Counted from the first letter of the stretch, positions 30,366 to 39,196 are shown. The stretch is DNA of 64,000 bases from an uncultured Candidatus Actinomarina sp. (GCA_902510965.1 CABXDM010000001.1:1180-65179), one strand, 5' to 3'. Translations and numbers: made by a program. Notes: generated by a model not told the origin, from the letters alone.

Positions 30366-31412
30366 ATGAGAATAGAAGATGAGATAAAGTTAACTTTTGA
30401 TGATGTGTTGATAAGACCTAAAAGAAGTACACTCGTATCAAGAGCGGAAGTCGAATTAAACAGAGAATTTAAATTTCGACATTCAAGCGAAAAATGGACT
30501 GGTGTACCTATCTTTTCCGCAAATATGGATACAACAGGAACGTTTGAAACAGCTAGGGCACTTCAAGTTCACAACATGCTTACTGCAGTTCATAAATTTT
30601 ATACTTTAGATGAATGGCAAGAAAACCTAAAAAGTCTAGATCCAGAATATCTTGCTGTGACTGTGGGCACTTCAAAAGAAGACTTTCAGAAAGCTGTAGA
30701 TGTCTTCAAACTAGAAGAAGGATTAAAATTTTTATGCTTGGATGTTGCAAATGGCTACCGTGAAGATTTTGTAGAATCAGTTAAGGAATATAGAGAAAAA
30801 TTTCCAAACAAAATAATTATTGCAGGAAATGTAGCTACAAGAGAAATGACAGAAGCACTGATCCTTGCTGGTGCTGATATAGTTAAAATTGGTATTGGTC
30901 CTGGATCAGTTTGTACTACTAGAAAAGTAGCAGGTGTGGGCTACCCTCAACTTTCTTCTATTTCTGAGTGTTCTGATGCCGCTCACGGTCTTGGTGGACA
31001 TGTAATTGCAGATGGTGGTTGCAAGTACCCAGGTGATGTTTCTAAAGCTTTTGGTGCTGGTGCTGACTATGTCATGCTTGGTGGAATATTTGCTGGTCAC
31101 AAAGAATCGGGAGGAGAACTTGTCACCGATAAAAATGGTATTCAGTACAAAGATTTTTATGGAATGTCCTCAAGAAAAGCTCAAGAAACATATTATGGTG
31201 ACCTTGCAGAACACCGTGCACCTGAAGGGAAAAAAGTAAGACTTAAATACAAAGGTGAGATTGACTCTACTGTTCAATCAGTCCTCGGCGGAATTAGATC
31301 AGCATGTTCCTATGTAGGTGCAAAGTCTATTAAGGACTTGCCAAAAAGTACTACGTTCATAAGAGTTACACAAACAACAAATGAAATATTTACAGGACCT
31401 GATAACAGTTGA
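30366..31412 (+). CDS. guaC: GMP reductase
   Basis: Colinear along its full length with E. coli GuaC as I recall it (MRIE..L.F.DVLIRPKRSTL, ANMDT.GTF, GIGPGSVCTTR, GGC..PGDV.KAFG.GADFVMLGG). Confidence 0.93.
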   Translation: MRIEDEIKLTFDDVLIRPKRSTLVSRAEVELNREFKFRHSSEKWTGVPIFSANMDTTGTFETARALQVHNMLTAVHKFYTLDEWQENLKSLDPEYLAVTVGTSKEDFQKAVDVFKLEEGLKFLCLDVANGYREDFVESVKEYREKFPNKIIIAGNVATREMTEALILAGADIVKIGIGPGSVCTTRKVAGVGYPQLSSISECSDAAHGLGGHVIADGGCKYPGDVSKAFGAGADYVMLGGIFAGHKESGGELVTDKNGIQYKDFYGMSSRKAQETYYGDLAEHRAPEGKKVRLKYKGEIDSTVQSVLGGIRSACSYVGAKSIKDLPKSTTFIRVTQTTNEIFTGPDNS

Positions 31413-31642
31413 ATATAGAAATATATACTAAAGATTTCTGTATTTGGTGTGATAGAGCAAAATCCTTGCTTGAGTCAAACAACCTTAGCTTTACTGAAAT
31501 TGATTTATCTGATGACTCAGCTAGATCTGAATTTTATTCAAAATTAGGTGAAGGCGTGAAAACCGTTCCACAGATATTTATGGACAACAAACGTATTGGT
31601 GGTTTTCAAGAACTTGTTAGATGGTTTGCTGATGGCAACTAA
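31409..31642 (+). CDS. Glutaredoxin (CxxC = CIWC)
   Basis: 77-aa thioredoxin fold. Active site CIWC, plus TVPQIF and GGF, which are the classical glutathione-contact motifs of Grx. ATGA-type overlap with guaC. Confidence 0.8.
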   Translation: MNIEIYTKDFCIWCDRAKSLLESNNLSFTEIDLSDDSARSEFYSKLGEGVKTVPQIFMDNKRIGGFQELVRWFADGN

Positions 31643-32534
31643 CGAATCATCTAAAACGGTTTTTCTTGCAATGTCTGTCAATTTTTCTATAGGTATTGCT
31701 AAATCAGTCATTGCAACAATAACTATGTCCAGTGCAATGTTTTCAGAAGCTATACATTCATTTGTAGATACAGGTAACCAATTTCTCTTATGGTTTGGAA
31801 TAAAGCAATCAAAAAAGGTAGATGCAAGAATATATCCCTTAGGGAGAGGCAGAGAAGAATATTTTTGGACACTTGTCGTAGCTGTGCTTATCTTCACTAT
31901 TGGAGGACTTGTTTCTTTAGAACATGGAATAGAATCTCTTTCACATCCTAAAAAGCTTGAAAACCTAGCAATTTCAATAACATTATTAATTGTTTCGATA
32001 ATACTCGAGTCTTATGTGTTAAAAAAAGCTATTACAGAGCTAAAAAAGGGACAAGATAATAAAAAAAGTGTTGTTGGACTATTAAAAGAATCAACAGATG
32101 GACCCTTAATAGCGATTGTAGTGGAAGACTTTGCAGCAACTTTAGGACTTTTTATAGCATTAGTCGGAACCATACTTTCATCACTTACCCAAAATTCGAT
32201 ATATGACTCAATATCTGCAATTTCTATTGGAGTTCTACTCATGGTGTCTGGTTTATTTTTAGGGTATGAAATGAAACATTTAATTACTGGAGAAAGTATT
32301 TCACAAGAGAAACTTAAATCAATTGAAAATATAATTAATAAAAATAAAAATGTATCTAATATAACAAACTTAAAAATATTACCAATAGGAAGTAAGCAAT
32401 ATTTAGCGTTAGTAAAACTCGATTACAAAGACTCCCTAGGTGATGTAGAGATAGTTGAAACTAATACAGCTCTTAAGATTGAAATAGTAGAAACAGAGTC
32501 TGCAATCACAGAAATATACTTTAATCCTCAATAA
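31632..32534 (+). CDS. Cation diffusion facilitator (CDF) family metal efflux transporter
   Basis: The motif FSEAIHSFVDTGNQ (TM2 metal site), 6 TM, and a cytoplasmic C-terminal domain. ATG 31632 is preferred over the track start 31596. Confidence 0.85.
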   Translation: MATNESSKTVFLAMSVNFSIGIAKSVIATITMSSAMFSEAIHSFVDTGNQFLLWFGIKQSKKVDARIYPLGRGREEYFWTLVVAVLIFTIGGLVSLEHGIESLSHPKKLENLAISITLLIVSIILESYVLKKAITELKKGQDNKKSVVGLLKESTDGPLIAIVVEDFAATLGLFIALVGTILSSLTQNSIYDSISAISIGVLLMVSGLFLGYEMKHLITGESISQEKLKSIENIINKNKNVSNITNLKILPIGSKQYLALVKLDYKDSLGDVEIVETNTALKIEIVETESAITEIYFNPQ

Positions 32535-32548
32535 GATAAAATAATCCT

Positions 32549-32920
32549 ATGACAATAAATAAAGACCATTTAACTGCAGAACAAATACAAGTTACACAAT
32601 TTTGTGGAACAGAGCCTCCATTTTCTGGAAAACTTCTTAATGAAAAAAGAATTGGAAATTATGTATGCGCAGTTTGCAAAGAAATATTATTTGATTCGTC
32701 AACAAAGTATGAATCAGGCTCAGGATGGCCAAGTTTTTTTGATGCAGTTGCAGAAAAAATAGAAACTAAAGAAGACACCACTCTAGGTATGATAAGAACT
32801 GAAATACTTTGTAAAATTTGTTCTTCCCATCTAGGTCACGTATTTCCTGATGGCCCAAAACCTACAGGGAAAAGGTATTGTGTCAACAGTCTTAGCTTAG
32901 AGTTTCAAGTAAATGAGTGA
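32549..32920 (+). CDS. msrB: Peptide-methionine (R)-S-oxide reductase
   Basis: Motifs GWPSF and RYCVNS, plus two CxxC zinc motifs (CAVC, CKIC). Confidence 0.93.
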   Translation: MTINKDHLTAEQIQVTQFCGTEPPFSGKLLNEKRIGNYVCAVCKEILFDSSTKYESGSGWPSFFDAVAEKIETKEDTTLGMIRTEILCKICSSHLGHVFPDGPKPTGKRYCVNSLSLEFQVNE

Positions 32921-33221
32921 AATTTTTGTAGACCAAAACTGTACTGTTTGCAGTGCTTATGGAAAATTTATAAATAAAAAAAATAAAAATGTAAGCATAT
33001 CTAATCAGCTTGATCTTAGTAAAGAAGACATAGCTAGAGATGAAGTTGTTTATATAAAGAATAAAGAAAAATTTTATGCTTCTGATGCAATTATTGAGTC
33101 TGTCGCTGATCTGGGTGCATTTTATAAAATTATTAAAATTTCATACATAATTCCGAAATTCATTAGAAATGCAATTTATAAGGTAATTTCTAGAAATAGA
33201 AAAAGGTTTTTTTATAAATAA
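32913..33221 (+). CDS. DCC-family thiol-disulfide oxidoreductase-like protein (DUF393)
   Basis: N-terminal C-x2-C (CTVC) and a C-terminal ..YKVISRNRKRFF resembling the DUF393 end motif (..iA.nRy..fG). Confidence 0.55.
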   Translation: MSEIFVDQNCTVCSAYGKFINKKNKNVSISNQLDLSKEDIARDEVVYIKNKEKFYASDAIIESVADLGAFYKIIKISYIIPKFIRNAIYKVISRNRKRFFYK

Positions 33222-33261
33222 ACTTAATAAACTAATTCAAACAAAAACATTTAAAACATTT

Positions 33262-33432
33262 GTGTTGTTTTCTATATTTCGGGCTATACATGGCGCTGTT
33301 GTTCTAATATTCTTTTATTACTTTGGATATAAAGCAAATGTAGGTTTTGAAGTTTATATACTTTATTTAGTCGTTTCTATTTTGCTTTCGAGACAAATTT
33401 TTAAACGATTAAAAAAAAGGTTTAATCTCTAA
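33262..33432 (+). CDS. Possible small 2-TM membrane protein (56 aa, GTG start), or a frameshifted C-terminal extension of the DCC-like gene
   Basis: My translation gives VLFSIFRAIHGAVVLIFFYYFGYKANVGFEVYILYLVVSILLSRQIFKRLKKRFNL*. It occupies the only long (200 nt) convergent spacer in the window. It is not in the ORF track because it falls below the length cut-off. Confidence 0.25.
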   Translation: MLFSIFRAIHGAVVLIFFYYFGYKANVGFEVYILYLVVSILLSRQIFKRLKKRFNL

Positions 33433-33904
33433 AGTTTCCAAATGATAGATGTATATCATAATTTTTATCTTTAATCTCGTTCATAATGGATTGCAGAGAG
33501 TCCCTTTTTTTTGAAGTTACACGTATCGAACCATCTTGAATAGAGGCTTGAATTTTTTTATCTTTTTCTTTAATAAATTTAACTATTTCTTTAGCATCGA
33601 CAGTTTCAATCCCAGTTTTTAGGGTGTAAACCCTCTTGTTTTCAGACGGTGTTTCTTCATCTGCAAAGTCAGATAAAAATTTTATAGATATATTTCTTTT
33701 TGCAAACTTTTCTCTTAACACTTGATCTGCAGCTAAAAGACGATCTTTAGTGACACTATTAATACTTACAGTTGACTCTGAACTATTAATAGAAGTTTTT
33801 GTATTTTTAAAGTCATATCTGTTAACAATTTCTCTTTTGCTTTGGTCTACAGCATTTAAAACTTCTTGTTTGTCGAATTCTGAGGTAATGTCAAAACTTG
33901 GCAT
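33422..33904 (-). CDS. yajQ: YajQ family nucleotide/cyclic-di-GMP-binding protein
   Basis: MPSFDITSEFDKQEVLNAVDQSKREIVNRYDFK matches the YajQ N-terminus. I start at the MPSFD Met rather than track position 33910. Confidence 0.88.
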   Translation of the reverse strand: MPSFDITSEFDKQEVLNAVDQSKREIVNRYDFKNTKTSINSSESTVSINSVTKDRLLAADQVLREKFAKRNISIKFLSDFADEETPSENKRVYTLKTGIETVDAKEIVKFIKEKDKKIQASIQDGSIRVTSKKRDSLQSIMNEIKDKNYDIHLSFGNFRD

Positions 33905-33906
33905 AA

Positions 33907-34095
33907 TCAACTCCCGTATTTTTCTTTAATATAGTTAAGTTCACTTTCAATCTTATTGATACTTTCTTTTAAAACTTTAATTTCTTCAACTTTATCAAAG
34001 TTCTCATATAGTTTTATCTTGGTTTCTAACGATCTATATCTGAGTAATAAAAATAATATTATTACTAACAGACCCACCCAAAATATATTTTCCAT
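33907..34095 (-). CDS. Hypothetical small membrane-anchored coiled-coil protein (62 aa)
   Basis: One N-terminal TM and a charged helical tail. Packed tightly between crcB and yajQ. Confidence 0.4.
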   Translation of the reverse strand: MENIFWVGLLVIILFLLLRYRSLETKIKLYENFDKVEEIKVLKESINKIESELNYIKEKYGS

Positions 34096-34098
34096 AAT

Positions 34099-34461
34099 CT
34101 AATTTACCAGTTTACTACCAATGTATACACCTATTAATGCACCAATGATTGATAGAAGTACTGTTGCAAAAAAATAACTAACTGTAGATAATTGTGATTG
34201 GGTATTTAATTGTATTAGATCAAAGGTAAATTGTGAATAGGTAGTAAAACCTCCAAGTATGCCTGTAAGTAGGAAAATGCTAACCAAGCTATTTTCTGCA
34301 ACTATTGAATATATTATTCCGAATAAGAATGATCCAAGTACATTTATAAACAACGTCGAGAACTGTGGTAACGAAGATACATTTATTAGTGTATTTAATA
34401 AAAACCTTAAGACTGTACCTATTCCACCACCAACGAAAACTAGTAAAACTTTACTATACAT
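34099..34461 (-). CDS. crcB: Fluoride ion channel CrcB/FluC
   Basis: 120 aa, 4 TM. Motifs GGGIGTVLRF and GILGGFTTYSQF. Confidence 0.88.
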   Translation of the reverse strand: MYSKVLLVFVGGGIGTVLRFLLNTLINVSSLPQFSTLFINVLGSFLFGIIYSIVAENSLVSIFLLTGILGGFTTYSQFTFDLIQLNTQSQLSTVSYFFATVLLSIIGALIGVYIGSKLVN

Positions 34462-34897
34462 TTTTCTGTCTCAGGTATTCATACCCAACTATTGCAACTG
34501 AGTTAGCTAAATTTATACTTCGCGAATTATCATCCATTGGTATTGTTAAAAGATATTTTTGCTCCAAAATAATATCTTGTGGTAATCCGACAGATTCCGG
34601 ACCAAAAACTAAGTAATCAAATGATAGAAGATTAGAGTCCCAATAGTTTTTGCTTCCCTTTGCCGAAAGATATGCGATTGTTTTGTTTTGGTTTATTTGA
34701 ATAAACTCATCCCAATTTTCATATGTACTGACCGTAGCTAAATCATGATAATCCAATCCAGCACGGCGAATCTTATTCTCCTGAAAGCTAAAACCAAATG
34801 GTTTTATTATATTTAACGGAATACCTGTATTAGCAGAGAGTCGTATGCAAGCGCCAACATTTCCCGCAATTTCTGGCTGATAAAGTACTATTTCCAC
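34454..34897 (-). CDS. trmL: tRNA (cytidine/uridine(34)-2'-O)-methyltransferase TrmL (SPOUT)
   Basis: Motifs YQPEIAGNVGACIR, RRAGLDYH and INLANSVAIV. 147 aa. Confidence 0.88.
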   Translation of the reverse strand: MEIVLYQPEIAGNVGACIRLSANTGIPLNIIKPFGFSFQENKIRRAGLDYHDLATVSTYENWDEFIQINQNKTIAYLSAKGSKNYWDSNLLSFDYLVFGPESVGLPQDIILEQKYLLTIPMDDNSRSINLANSVAIVGYEYLRQKNV

Positions 34898-34948
34898 AAT
34901 GTAATTATATTCCTATTCAAGAACCATATAGTATGTAAAATATTTAGT

Positions 34949-36502
34949 ATGAAACAATTTACAGGCTTATTTCTGCCTTCTTTCAGAAGCTTCAAAAAAG
35001 CTCTGAACGAAGTATCTAAAACTTCAAATTCTAGAGTTAGGTTTATTGACTTTGTAAAAGTTTCAGGTTTGTTGCTAATTATTTTTAATACAAACTATTT
35101 TCTAGATTTTGAAAAATCAAGTGGAGAATTTATTATTTACAATCGTACTGTTTTAGATAGTTCCTTAACTCCTGTCACGTGGTTGACAGCGGGGATGGCC
35201 CTATTTTTCTTTTCTACAGGTTTCACTAATAAGATTGCTTGGTATTCAAATGTTGGCAGGGACGGAAGTCAGTGGAAATTTTTGACAGATAGGGTGGATG
35301 GATTGATGGGATCTGTTCTTGTTTGGATATTCTTCATTACAGTGTCTTTGAACGCAGCAACAAAATTAATTTATTTTCCTAAGTATATTACAAATCAACA
35401 AGATGGAATTCTCACAGTCACAGAATTTATCATGTGGCCATTATGGCTTGTGTCAATTTATTTAGTAGTTGTATTGTTTTGTCCACTAACGATATATCTA
35501 CATAAAAAGAATCCGTATTTGACTCTTTCTTTTTTGATATTTACCTTGGTCTTAATTGACAATATTGAATTCAACTTATCTCTCTCGTATATAAAGCTGT
35601 TTAATTATTTAATTTTTTGGTTAACAATACACCAGCTAGGTTATTTTCTAGCCGATGGAAAAATATTTGCATTCAGAAAATCGTTGTTTGCAGGAATAAC
35701 ATTCTTTTCTTACAGCTATCTATCTTATATTCACACAACAACTGAGCAGTATTTATCAGTGTCGAATTATCGGTTACTTTCTTTTTCAAATGAAGACCCT
35801 CCAACCACTGTATATTTAATTTCATCTTTAGGGCTAATTTCACTCTTCCTATTATTTCGTGATCAAGTCGAATCATTATTAAACAAGAAAATCATTTGGT
35901 CTGTCTTCTCGACAATACATGCAAATATTTATACATTGTTTCTCTGGCACGTTGTATTATTCTTTTTCATTAGCTATTTTCCAACTTTTATAATCTATTA
36001 CCCACTAGTAATATTTTTAATTATTTTTTGTTTTGGTAATTACGAGCGACAAACTTTTAGACTTTCCCGTTCTTTAATCAAGAGAGTGAATCCACTCCAA
36101 CCATGGCCCACACCAATAAAAGCAAGGTTATCATACAGTAATTTTCTTCTTGCTTGGATATCTTCAATGTTGATTTTGATTGGCATATTGCAAGTAACTC
36201 TTGGTGGTATTGGTTTGTCAGGGTTCTTTTCCTTAAGGCAGTTATATTTGTTTTCAGGAAATACATTTGAAGCATTTGTTAGGATTGTCATTGGTCTGTT
36301 ATTACTTAATGTTACGATTAGACGAAAAGATTTAAAAAACCAGTTACTAGTAATTGGTATTGTTTCTCAGATTATTACATTAGTTGTTAGGTATCAACTT
36401 TATAACTCAGTAACTACACTTGAGCTCTACATGAGTATTTTTTTAATAGGGTTTTTTCTGATACTGATATTTAATAATCGTAACTATAAATCAATAGCTT
36501 GA
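34949..36502 (+). CDS. Large polytopic membrane protein of unknown function (517 aa, at least 12 TM)
   Basis: Long hydrophobic ORF. The N-terminus RVRFIDFVKVSGLLLI is only vaguely acyltransferase-3-like, and the conserved His is not evident. Confidence 0.6.
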   Translation: MKQFTGLFLPSFRSFKKALNEVSKTSNSRVRFIDFVKVSGLLLIIFNTNYFLDFEKSSGEFIIYNRTVLDSSLTPVTWLTAGMALFFFSTGFTNKIAWYSNVGRDGSQWKFLTDRVDGLMGSVLVWIFFITVSLNAATKLIYFPKYITNQQDGILTVTEFIMWPLWLVSIYLVVVLFCPLTIYLHKKNPYLTLSFLIFTLVLIDNIEFNLSLSYIKLFNYLIFWLTIHQLGYFLADGKIFAFRKSLFAGITFFSYSYLSYIHTTTEQYLSVSNYRLLSFSNEDPPTTVYLISSLGLISLFLLFRDQVESLLNKKIIWSVFSTIHANIYTLFLWHVVLFFFISYFPTFIIYYPLVIFLIIFCFGNYERQTFRLSRSLIKRVNPLQPWPTPIKARLSYSNFLLAWISSMLILIGILQVTLGGIGLSGFFSLRQLYLFSGNTFEAFVRIVIGLLLLNVTIRRKDLKNQLLVIGIVSQIITLVVRYQLYNSVTTLELYMSIFLIGFFLILIFNNRNYKSIA

Positions 36503-36512
36503 GTCATAATAT

Positions 36513-37547
36513 ATGAATATGAAAAAAGATGAATCTAGGCAAGAATTATTAAATAGAGCATTTATTTATGTGCTATTTATTGGTATTTCAGTAATAATAT
36601 TTCTAAGAGTTAAACCTTTACTCTTTGATCTTTTTGTAGCTGTAGTTTTAGCAGCACTTGCAGAACCAGTTGTTTATAGACTTTCAAAGAAATTCGGTCG
36701 AAAGATATCTGCCCTCATTTCTGTCGCACTGTTACTTCTGGTAATATTTGGAATAATCTTTTCTCTTATTCCAATAATGGTTCAAGAAATTTACTATATA
36801 TCTACACAATTACCTACATATCTAGATAACCTTTTGGATTATTTCAATAGAGAAGGTTTTATAATATCCAACCAGTCTCTAGATTTGGAATCACAATTCA
36901 GTACGTTTATTAACACTTATGGAGGAACAGTTGGAGAAACAGTAGTTTTTGCTGGCCAAGGGGTCTTAAGTGCTTTTGGTCATTTCTTTATCATTTTCTT
37001 CTTTTCATTCTATTTGATTAGCGAAGGTGAACAATGGAGGGAAAATCTAAAGCAAAATATCACACCAAGATATTCAAATCTTATTGATCAAGTATGGACA
37101 ATCGGAGTTTCTAAAGCTGGTGGATTTATTGTTGCAAGAGTAATTCTTGGAATACTTGCAAGTATTGTCTTTACAATATCTTTTCTCGTGATTGGATTAC
37201 CATCTGCTGTAGCTTTGGGTATTGCTGCAGGTGTTCTTTCTCAGCTAATCCCTGTAATAGGAACATTCCTAGGTGGAATTGTTCCAGTTTTAGCCTCTAT
37301 TTCACTCGGTGTTAACTATGTTCTTTATACATTAATTGTTCTATCTGTGTATCAGTTAATTGAAAACTATTTCATAAGTCCAAAAGTTACTCAGTCAACA
37401 ATGGAGATTCATCCGGCTGTTGCAGTCTTTTCAACTATATTTGGAGCTTATACTGTGGGTGCTGTTGGCGCTATCTTAGCATTGCCAGTTGCTGCAACAA
37501 TTCAAGGTGTAGTGGGAACTATTATAGAGAATCGCAAAAATGAATAA
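36513..37547 (+). CDS. AI-2E family transporter (PerM/UPF0118)
   Basis: 344 aa, 8 TM, with a conserved C-terminal half (..IPVIGTFLGGIVPVL...HPAVAVFS...GAVGAILALP). Confidence 0.8.
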   Translation: MNMKKDESRQELLNRAFIYVLFIGISVIIFLRVKPLLFDLFVAVVLAALAEPVVYRLSKKFGRKISALISVALLLLVIFGIIFSLIPIMVQEIYYISTQLPTYLDNLLDYFNREGFIISNQSLDLESQFSTFINTYGGTVGETVVFAGQGVLSAFGHFFIIFFFSFYLISEGEQWRENLKQNITPRYSNLIDQVWTIGVSKAGGFIVARVILGILASIVFTISFLVIGLPSAVALGIAAGVLSQLIPVIGTFLGGIVPVLASISLGVNYVLYTLIVLSVYQLIENYFISPKVTQSTMEIHPAVAVFSTIFGAYTVGAVGAILALPVAATIQGVVGTIIENRKNE

Positions 37548-37833
37548 TTTTATAAATATACCTATTAATGCTGTGAAATCTATTGATAGTCTTCTCCAAC
37601 ACTTTAAAGAAGAGACTGTTGATGAGGTGGAGAATTCAATAAAGTCGTTAAAAAGAAATTTCAAAGCTGGAAACTATCTAGCTCTAGCGACATTATTTAT
37701 TATTATTGGTGTAGCGTCTATTTTAAGTCAGATGTTTATTGGAAACTATTTTCTACAAGCTATGACATATTTTTCTATGGCTCTATTATGCTTGATTTCA
37801 TTCGGGTTAATTGTATGGAGAATATTAAAATGA
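37540..37833 (+). CDS. Hypothetical small membrane protein (97 aa, 2 TM)
   Basis: 8-nt overlap with the AI-2E gene. Soluble N-terminal helix followed by two TM segments. Confidence 0.45.
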   Translation: MNNFINIPINAVKSIDSLLQHFKEETVDEVENSIKSLKRNFKAGNYLALATLFIIIGVASILSQMFIGNYFLQAMTYFSMALLCLISFGLIVWRILK

Positions 37834-37985
37834 CAGAGTATAGAGAAACATATAACGAACTTAAGAAAAATATTAATTCAGAGAATTCAAAAGTTATTTC
37901 TTACCTTTTTTTCGGGATACTCGTTGGTCGAGCTTACGAAAAATATCGCAAGATAAAAAAGTCAATTCTTAAAAAGCGTTCGTGA
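37830..37985 (+). CDS. Hypothetical micro-protein (51 aa, 1 TM, Lys-rich tail)
   Basis: ATG 37830 forms an ATGA overlap with the previous stop; the track ORF starts further upstream at 37788. Confidence 0.35.
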   Translation: MTEYRETYNELKKNINSENSKVISYLFFGILVGRAYEKYRKIKKSILKKRS

Positions 37986-38071
37986 ATAAGTCATTACAAA
38001 AATTCGTAGCACTCGTCTTAGCTGCAGGTGTTGTATTTTCTACGATTGCCTATTTTTTACTGTTAATATAA
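37982..38071 (+). CDS. Possible micro-ORF (29 aa, single TM: VNKSLQKFVALVLAAGVVFSTIAYFLLLI)
   Basis: GTGA overlap with the previous stop, ending 4 nt before the trmI GTG start. It fills the gap exactly. Hand-translated; not in the ORF track. Confidence 0.25.
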   Translation: MNKSLQKFVALVLAAGVVFSTIAYFLLLI

Positions 38072-38075
38072 ATTT

Positions 38076-38849
38076 GTGGAAATCGATAATAGACTTGTAA
38101 TAATCTCATCTGAATCAAAAAAGTACTTAAGCGTAATAACTAAAGGCAAAGAATTCATAACTAATGATGGCAAAATAGAATTTGATAAAATAAAATCCCT
38201 TCCTACTCAAATTGAATCATCAACTGGAAAAATATTTACAATCTATGTTCCATCCTATAAAGAATTTATTCTTCTTATGAAGAGAGGGCCTCAAATAATA
38301 TATCCCAAAGATGTTGGTTCAATACTTATTTCAGGGAATATAAACGCAAATAGTAAAGTTTTGGAGATTGGAACTGGGTCTGGAGCATTAACTCTTTTTC
38401 TAGCATCAATTTTAGGTACTAATTCTAAATTTTATTCTCTAGATATCAGTAAAAAAAATCAATATCGAGCTAAAAAGACCATATCGCGATACTTATCTAA
38501 TTACTCATCTGATTTTATAAATGATATTGAATTTATTAATACAGATTTGTCTGATTTTAGAATTGATACTATTCCTTTTAATTTCGACACTGTTATTACA
38601 GATGTCCCAGAACCATGGATATTTTTCGAAAATAATAATATAGATAATAATCTTTACTGGGTTTCATATTTACCCTCAATATCTCAAGTTTCTAAGTTAG
38701 CTGACGCTTTACAAGAAAATTGCTTTAAAGATATTGAGATTAAAGAGACAATAGAGAGAGAGTGGACGGTACGAGGTAATATTTCAAGGCCTAAGCACAC
38801 AATGGTTGGTCATACGGGGTTTACAGTTAGTGGAAGGTATATTTTATGA
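38076..38849 (+). CDS. trmI: tRNA (adenine(58)-N1)-methyltransferase TrmI (GCD14 family)
   Basis: Motifs IIYPKDVG and the SAM motif I EIGTGSGALTLFLA. GTG start. Confidence 0.85.
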   Translation: MEIDNRLVIISSESKKYLSVITKGKEFITNDGKIEFDKIKSLPTQIESSTGKIFTIYVPSYKEFILLMKRGPQIIYPKDVGSILISGNINANSKVLEIGTGSGALTLFLASILGTNSKFYSLDISKKNQYRAKKTISRYLSNYSSDFINDIEFINTDLSDFRIDTIPFNFDTVITDVPEPWIFFENNNIDNNLYWVSYLPSISQVSKLADALQENCFKDIEIKETIEREWTVRGNISRPKHTMVGHTGFTVSGRYIL

Positions 38850-38850
38850 C

Positions 38851-39096
38851 TTATGGTTCAATCATTATGCATTCGCCAGGACATTCCTCTGCCGATTCAA
38901 CAACTGCATCTTCTTGACCTTTAGGAACAACAGCTAAGCCTTCAGCGCCACCAACATTCCCATTTTCTTCTGAAAAAACCTTATCACCCTCTTTAACATA
39001 AAAAAGGCCATCATCTAATCCGACAAATACATCAGGTGCGATCTCTTCACAAAGACCATCACCGGTACATAAATCTTGATCAATCCATACTTTCAT
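38851..39096 (-). CDS. Ferredoxin (single-cluster, actinobacterial type)
   Basis: MKVWIDQDLCTGDGLCEEIAPDVF ... ECPGECI gives the C-x5-C ... CP cluster ligand pattern. Visibly GC-richer than its neighbours. Confidence 0.85.
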   Translation of the reverse strand: MKVWIDQDLCTGDGLCEEIAPDVFVGLDDGLFYVKEGDKVFSEENGNVGGAEGLAVVPKGQEDAVVESAEECPGECIMIEP

Positions 39097-39196
39097 AATT
39101 AATATGTTACCTTGTTATAGATTTACACAAATCTTCGAATATAAAATTTATATCTAATATTTTGTAAGATACTTATAAAGATAAAACTAGTTGTTT

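Noticed and set aside
34462-34948. Looked for a fluoride riboswitch upstream of crcB
   Set aside because: crcB overlaps the upstream trmL gene by 8 nt, and the spacer upstream of trmL is only 51 nt. There is no room for a crcB-motif RNA.
39097-39196. Possible PafBC/RecA-NDp-like or other operator in the ferredoxin/pafB divergent spacer (e.g. TTGTAAGATACTTATAAAG)
   Set aside because: It only loosely resembles the TGTC-type motif I remember, and it is indistinguishable from ordinary AT-rich -35/-10 elements without a proper matrix scan.
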